A stretch of 64,000 nucleotides of DNA. It comes from Vulcanimicrobiales bacterium (lineage in GTDB: Bacteria > Vulcanimicrobiota > Vulcanimicrobiia > Vulcanimicrobiales > Vulcanimicrobiaceae). Below the pieces are notes generated by a model that made no database searches, had not been told where the DNA came from, and saw only the letters and a program-made list of their open reading frames with translations. The position numbers and the translations under genes were made by a program. The stretch spans positions 320,001-384,000 of the forward strand of contig JBBRLI010000001.1 in the NCBI GenBank assembly GCA_038231455.1. The letters are read 5' to 3'. Shown piece after piece: positions 59,676-64,000 of this stretch (positions are counted from its first letter, which is position 1; every line of letters begins with the position of its first letter).

Positions 59676-60586
59676 CGGCGCGTCAATTCCAAGAATACGT
59701 CTTGCAAGTTCGCGCGGCGGAAGCCGACGTCCACGATCGTAAAACCGGCGCGTTCGAACTCGCCGAGCGCCGTGGCAATCGCGGCGGGCGCGATGCCTTC
59801 GAGTTCGACGACCGCGCTGCCGGGTTCGAAGCGCGCACCGCGCGCCTGAAGCGATGCGGGAAGCGCGCGCACGGGAGCATCCAGCGTGACGGCAAGGACG
59901 TCGCCTTGCGTCTGCTTTTCAACGAGCGCCGCGGTCTCTTCGAGCGCGACGAGCCGACCGGCCTCGATGATGCCGATACGATTGCAAAGCGTCTCTGCTT
60001 CTTCGAGATAGTGCGTCGTCAGAACGATCGTCATGCCGCCGCGGTTGAGCTCGCGCAAGAAATCCCACAATTCCAAACGCAATTCGACATCGACGCCGGC
60101 GGTCGGCTCATCGAGAATGAGGAGCCGTGGCTGATGGATGAGCGCACGCGCGAGCGTAAGGCGGCGCTTCATTCCACCCGAGAGTTTCGTGTAGACCTCT
60201 TTTGCTTTGGATGTAAGGTTGAAGCGTTCGAGCAAATCGTCGGCGCGCTTACGGACGGCCGGACCGCTCTGGCCGTAGTAGCCGGCTTGGAAGATGAGGA
60301 TGTCGCGAATTGAGAGATAACGATCGAAGTTGTATTCTTGCGGCGCCAGGCCAACCGTCGTGCGTGCGGCGCGCCAGTCGGAGACCACATCGTGTCCGAA
60401 GAGTTCGATCGATCCGCCGCTGATTTTTGCAAGCCCGACGATCGCGTTGATCGTCGTCGTCTTCCCCGCGCCATTGGGACCGAGGAGTCCGAAAAACGCG
60501 CCTTCTTCCACTTGCAGCGAGAGGCCGTCGACGGCAGAAAAATCGCCGTAGCGCTTGACGAGTCCGGTGATTGCAATCGCATCCAT
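59672..60586 (-). CDS. ABC transporter ATP-binding protein (YadG-like)
   Basis: GPNGAGKTT, LSGGMKRR, ILDEPTAGVD, TTHYLEEAE. Confidence 0.93.
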   Translation of the reverse strand: MDAIAITGLVKRYGDFSAVDGLSLQVEEGAFFGLLGPNGAGKTTTINAIVGLAKISGGSIELFGHDVVSDWRAARTTVGLAPQEYNFDRYLSIRDILIFQAGYYGQSGPAVRKRADDLLERFNLTSKAKEVYTKLSGGMKRRLTLARALIHQPRLLILDEPTAGVDVELRLELWDFLRELNRGGMTIVLTTHYLEEAETLCNRIGIIEAGRLVALEETAALVEKQTQGDVLAVTLDAPVRALPASLQARGARFEPGSAVVELEGIAPAAIATALGEFERAGFTIVDVGFRRANLQDVFLELTRR

Positions 60587-61314
60587 TACGGAATCATCCC
60601 TTCGAGTACGCTATAGCGGTGGCGGCGCAGCACGCCGATGCGCTTCTCAAGAAAGGGCATCTCGCTCTTTTCATAGTCGCGAACGGTGCGTTCGATATCG
60701 AAGGCAACGCGACGGGATTTCGCCTCCCAACCGCCAGGGCGGTCGGTGAGGATCACGTAATGCGCGCGCGGATCGCCGTCCTTTGGCAATCCGGCCGATG
60801 CAACGTTCACGAGTAATTTCCCGCGCCACGTGCGGATGTACGGGAGATGCAAATGCCCGAATGCGATCGCCGCCGCGTGCACGTCGCCAAAAAGTCGTTC
60901 GAGTTGATCCTCGGGCGCATCGGGCCACACGTGTTCTTCATCGTTTTTGGGATTGGCGTGCGTGACCACGAGCGCGTTATCGTGATGTCCGAACGTGAGT
61001 GCGGTCGGGAGTGCCGCAAGCCACCCAAGCCATTCGGGGCCGAGTTGTTCGCGTTGCCAAAGGATGCTCTCGCGCTCTTCGCGGGCGAACGCTTCGATCG
61101 GCTCGACCGCGATGTAACGATCCGTGTTACCACGTAGCGATTTTGCGCCGATATCGCGCAGCCGTTTGAGCACTTTGCGCGGCTTTGGCCCATCCATGCA
61201 GAGATCGCCCGCAGCGACGATGACATCCGCGCCGCCTTGCGTGGCGAGATCCGCAAGACAGGCGTCGAGTCCGCGGATGTTACCGTGGACATCGGAGACT
61301 ACTGCGACGCGCAT
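60586..61314 (-). CDS. Metallophosphoesterase (YfcE-like)
   Basis: SDVHGN, GDL, RGNTD, THA, GHLH. Confidence 0.9.
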   Translation of the reverse strand: MRVAVVSDVHGNIRGLDACLADLATQGGADVIVAAGDLCMDGPKPRKVLKRLRDIGAKSLRGNTDRYIAVEPIEAFAREERESILWQREQLGPEWLGWLAALPTALTFGHHDNALVVTHANPKNDEEHVWPDAPEDQLERLFGDVHAAAIAFGHLHLPYIRTWRGKLLVNVASAGLPKDGDPRAHYVILTDRPGGWEAKSRRVAFDIERTVRDYEKSEMPFLEKRIGVLRRHRYSVLEGMIP

Positions 61315-61320
61315 TCGTCC

Positions 61321-62196
61321 TCAGGTGCGCTTGAACGGAAGCACGAGTGAGAACGGGCCGGCGCCCGCCTTCCCGAACTCCCACAAGTCGATCGCCTCGA
61401 CGGCGATCTTCGCAGCCTTCATGGCTTTCATCGCTTCGCGAAAACGCAAGTTCGCAAGCACGCGGCGTTCGCCCACCGCAAGCACGCCCGCGGCAAACTG
61501 TTCGCCGCGCGGCACCGGCACGATCCTCAGATTTCCGGCCGGGACGACGTCGACGTGATCCGGCGCCGCAAGAGCGATCGATCCGCCGACGATCGAGAAC
61601 ACATTGCGCAGGCGTGCGACGTCGTGCGTGAGCGCAAGCTCGATCGTGCGATACCCCGCCGTGGCACAGAGCGATTCGAATTGCTTGCGGCCCAGTTCGT
61701 TCGAGCGCGAACCAAAGACGCTGCCGGTACGGATGACGCCGACATACGCGATACCCTCGCCGATTGCGACGTCGGTGCCATCGAGCAATCCCGGCGATTC
61801 GATACGGCCGACGATCGGAATGCCGAGCGCACCCAGGGCCGTTTCGACCGCCGCGACTTCCGCGCGGCGTTCCGGCTTACTCGGTCGCATGAGGATCGCG
61901 CCGTTCGGCACGATAACGGCGCAGTCAGCGATGAACGCTTCGCCGGGCGCCTCACTCGAAGGATCGAGTTCGACGACCTGGGTGCCGCGATCGCGCATCG
62001 TGCGCACCAGGATCGCGTGGGCCTCGAGGGCCCGCTCGGCGATGGGACTGGACTCACCGTGAATCGGCGGTAAGAGCGCGACCGATGCACTCGGACGGAC
62101 GACCAGGGCCCCGGTGAGCGTGCCGGCATCGGTACGGAGATAGGGGGCGTCGTAGGTCTTGGTCGTCACGTCGATTTCTTCGCGCTGCACGGGCAC
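61321..62196 (-). CDS. Amidinotransferase/DDAH-fold protein lacking catalytic residues
   Basis: FIADCAV, RRAEV, LLDGTDV, RSNE.G, EFGKAGAGPFSL; pentein-fold motifs. Confidence 0.72.
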   Translation of the reverse strand: MPVQREEIDVTTKTYDAPYLRTDAGTLTGALVVRPSASVALLPPIHGESSPIAERALEAHAILVRTMRDRGTQVVELDPSSEAPGEAFIADCAVIVPNGAILMRPSKPERRAEVAAVETALGALGIPIVGRIESPGLLDGTDVAIGEGIAYVGVIRTGSVFGSRSNELGRKQFESLCATAGYRTIELALTHDVARLRNVFSIVGGSIALAAPDHVDVVPAGNLRIVPVPRGEQFAAGVLAVGERRVLANLRFREAMKAMKAAKIAVEAIDLWEFGKAGAGPFSLVLPFKRT

Positions 62197-62205
62197 TCTC
62201 CAGCT

Positions 62206-64000
62206 TTAGAACAGCGCGAGCGCTTGCGAGTAAAGTCGCTGCTGGGACCGCGTATAGGCCTCGGGTAAACGGACCGCGCGCTGCGCGGCGAGCGCATCGG
62301 CCTGACGCGAGAGATCGACGAGCCGCGCGGCCCGCGCGCTGTCGGCATCAGGTCCGGACTGGTCGGTGCGCTCGAGCAGCGCGGCGATACGCTCGCCCTC
62401 TGCGCTAGCGGTCTGCGTCGGAACCGGGATCATCGTAAATGCGGCGAGCACGGGCGTCGTCGTGAAGCAGTCGGCCATGTCACTTGCGAGGAGATCGCCG
62501 AGTGAGAGCGCGGGCAGGCCCAGCAATTCTTCGGTCGTTTTGAGGATACTCACCGTCGATGTGTGACGCATACTGAGGTAATGGTGGCGCGCATACGGCG
62601 AGATCACGATGGCGTACGTGCGGTACTCATCGATATGATCGCGCGAACTCTGCGCATCATCGGGCGCAACGAAAATCGCGGTATCGCGCCACGTCGGCGC
62701 GTGCGTGAGATGTTCGACGATCATACCCAGTGCCCGATCGCCGTCGGCCACTTCTTCCGGAAGCGGCGGGATGTTCGCGCCGACCCCGCCGTGATCGGCG
62801 GGCAGCCAGATATAGATGTACTTCGGAATCGCATTGGTCTTTGCAAGCGCATCGAAATCGCGGATGAATTCGCGCGCCCGGCGTTCGTCGCGCACACGCA
62901 AATTCCAACCGGGATAATCTTCGTCGACATGTCCCGCGAGCACCAGCGGCGCGGGAACGTTGAGTGCGAACAGACCGCCCAAACCCGACGTTGGTGCGAG
63001 CGTATCGGCGATTCCGGCAAAGTTCGGATCGTCGGCCTTCACGTTCTTGCTTGCGCCCTCATCGAAGCCTGAAACGCGTATGAAATCGCCGTAGTCGCGA
63101 AAGCTGATTCCGTGCCGTGCGAGATTGTTGAAGATGTAGCCGGCACGCGGATAGTCTTCTGGATCTTCGTTTTTATTAGCGAGCGGACGACGGCCGGTTT
63201 TCGAGAGCTGGGTTCGCTCGGTGTACGCGCTCGAAATACCGGCGGCGAAAAACTGATGCCCGGCGTCCGATTCTTCCGCATCGGCAAACGTGTTGCCGGA
63301 AAGGGCGTACGTGCGCGCGAGCTCGTGAAGATTCGGTGTCACGCTCGCACCGAACGAAACGTATTTCGGGTCGCCCGGGCCGTACGGTTTTCCCTGTGCA
63401 TCCGTGAGATCGCCGAGCATCGCATCGTAGGTCTTGTTCTCTTGCAGGATGACCACGATGTGTTTGATCGCGGCACTCGGGCCGACGGTGAGGGTCTGCG
63501 GCACGACGATATTCGTTTTTGCGGGTGCGATCGAGCGCGCGAAACGGAGCGTGTTCCGCGTCGTCTCCGTAAGTTTGATCGCTTGCAAGTCGAGCCGCTG
63601 CAGCGTCGACCAGACGGCGTTGGCGTCGGCGCCCGTTGCCGGATCGCCGACGAAACCGGCGTCGTGCCCGAAGCCTTTTGCCGAGACGGTGTAGAGCGTC
63701 CGGTCGTTGTCGCCAAGGACGAGCGCCGTCGGATACCACCCAGTTGGAATCAACCCCAGACGATGCAAATGGACCGGATCGCGCGCGTCGATGACGGCGA
63801 CAGCGTTGAGTCCGGCAAGCGCGACGTAAAGCCGCGATCCGTCGCGACTGAGTGCAAGTGCCAGCGGCTGCGTCCCATACGGTGCCCGATCGAAGAGACG
63901 CAGTTCGGTGCCGCCGACGACTTTGCCGTCGGCAAGTGACACCGCGGCGATGCGGTCGACGTTCGTCATGGCAACGAAGGCAAACCGTCCGTTCGGCGTC
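62206..64000 (-). CDS. YVTN beta-propeller plus phosphoesterase (alkaline-phosphatase family) protein, 5' end outside the window
   Basis: LSRDGSRLYVA, GLIPTGWYP, IKHIVVILQENKTYD, DDAQ..DH; the frame is open to the window edge. Confidence 0.85.
   Translation of the reverse strand, partial: TPNGRFAFVAMTNVDRIAAVSLADGKVVGGTELRLFDRAPYGTQPLALALSRDGSRLYVALAGLNAVAVIDARDPVHLHRLGLIPTGWYPTALVLGDNDRTLYTVSAKGFGHDAGFVGDPATGADANAVWSTLQRLDLQAIKLTETTRNTLRFARSIAPAKTNIVVPQTLTVGPSAAIKHIVVILQENKTYDAMLGDLTDAQGKPYGPGDPKYVSFGASVTPNLHELARTYALSGNTFADAEESDAGHQFFAAGISSAYTERTQLSKTGRRPLANKNEDPEDYPRAGYIFNNLARHGISFRDYGDFIRVSGFDEGASKNVKADDPNFAGIADTLAPTSGLGGLFALNVPAPLVLAGHVDEDYPGWNLRVRDERRAREFIRDFDALAKTNAIPKYIYIWLPADHGGVGANIPPLPEEVADGDRALGMIVEHLTHAPTWRDTAIFVAPDDAQSSRDHIDEYRTYAIVISPYARHHYLSMRHTSTVSILKTTEELLGLPALSLGDLLASDMADCFTTTPVLAAFTMIPVPTQTASAEGERIAALLERTDQSGPDADSARAARLVDLSRQADALAAQRAVRLPEAYTRSQQRLYSQALALF

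Noticed and set aside
1-64000. Prophage, IS element, integrase, tRNA or rRNA
   Set aside because: I found no transposase, integrase or phage motifs, terminal repeats or cloverleaf sequences by eye; a covariance search was not possible.

Overview
GC-rich, densely coded bacterial chromosome segment with about 57 CDSs. I found no rRNA, tRNA, CRISPR array or mobile element. A TonB-dependent-receptor-like gene, futalosine menaquinone genes, Bacillus-like bkd and ytpB homologs and many low-complexity lipoproteins suggest a diderm Terrabacteria lineage such as Vulcanimicrobiota/Eremiobacterota (inference only). Core content: thiO-thiS-thiG-rhodanese, ETF-QO, glcDEF plus a second glcDE, two GT2 glycosyltransferases, gltB, bkdAA/AB/B, queD-queE-mqnB-mqnD, an inverted-domain (NewPHL-like) photolyase, namZ, alkB, ytpB, trxB and an ABC-2 pair. 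Signals the ORF track misses or splits: (1) a BCP/PrxQ peroxiredoxin whose catalytic Cys codon is an in-frame TGA followed by a SECIS-like hairpin, a probable selenoprotein; (2) a geranylgeranyl-reductase-family gene interrupted by an in-frame TGA, next to an ADO-like diiron protein, the YtpB terpene cyclase and alkB, a candidate terpenoid/hydrocarbon locus; (3) a roughly 200-nt structured leader that sequesters the RBS of an unannotated 55-aa ORF; (4) a frameshifted TonB-dependent-receptor-like gene with a duplicated Cys-containing C-terminal extension. All product calls come from motif recognition by eye; no database searches were run.
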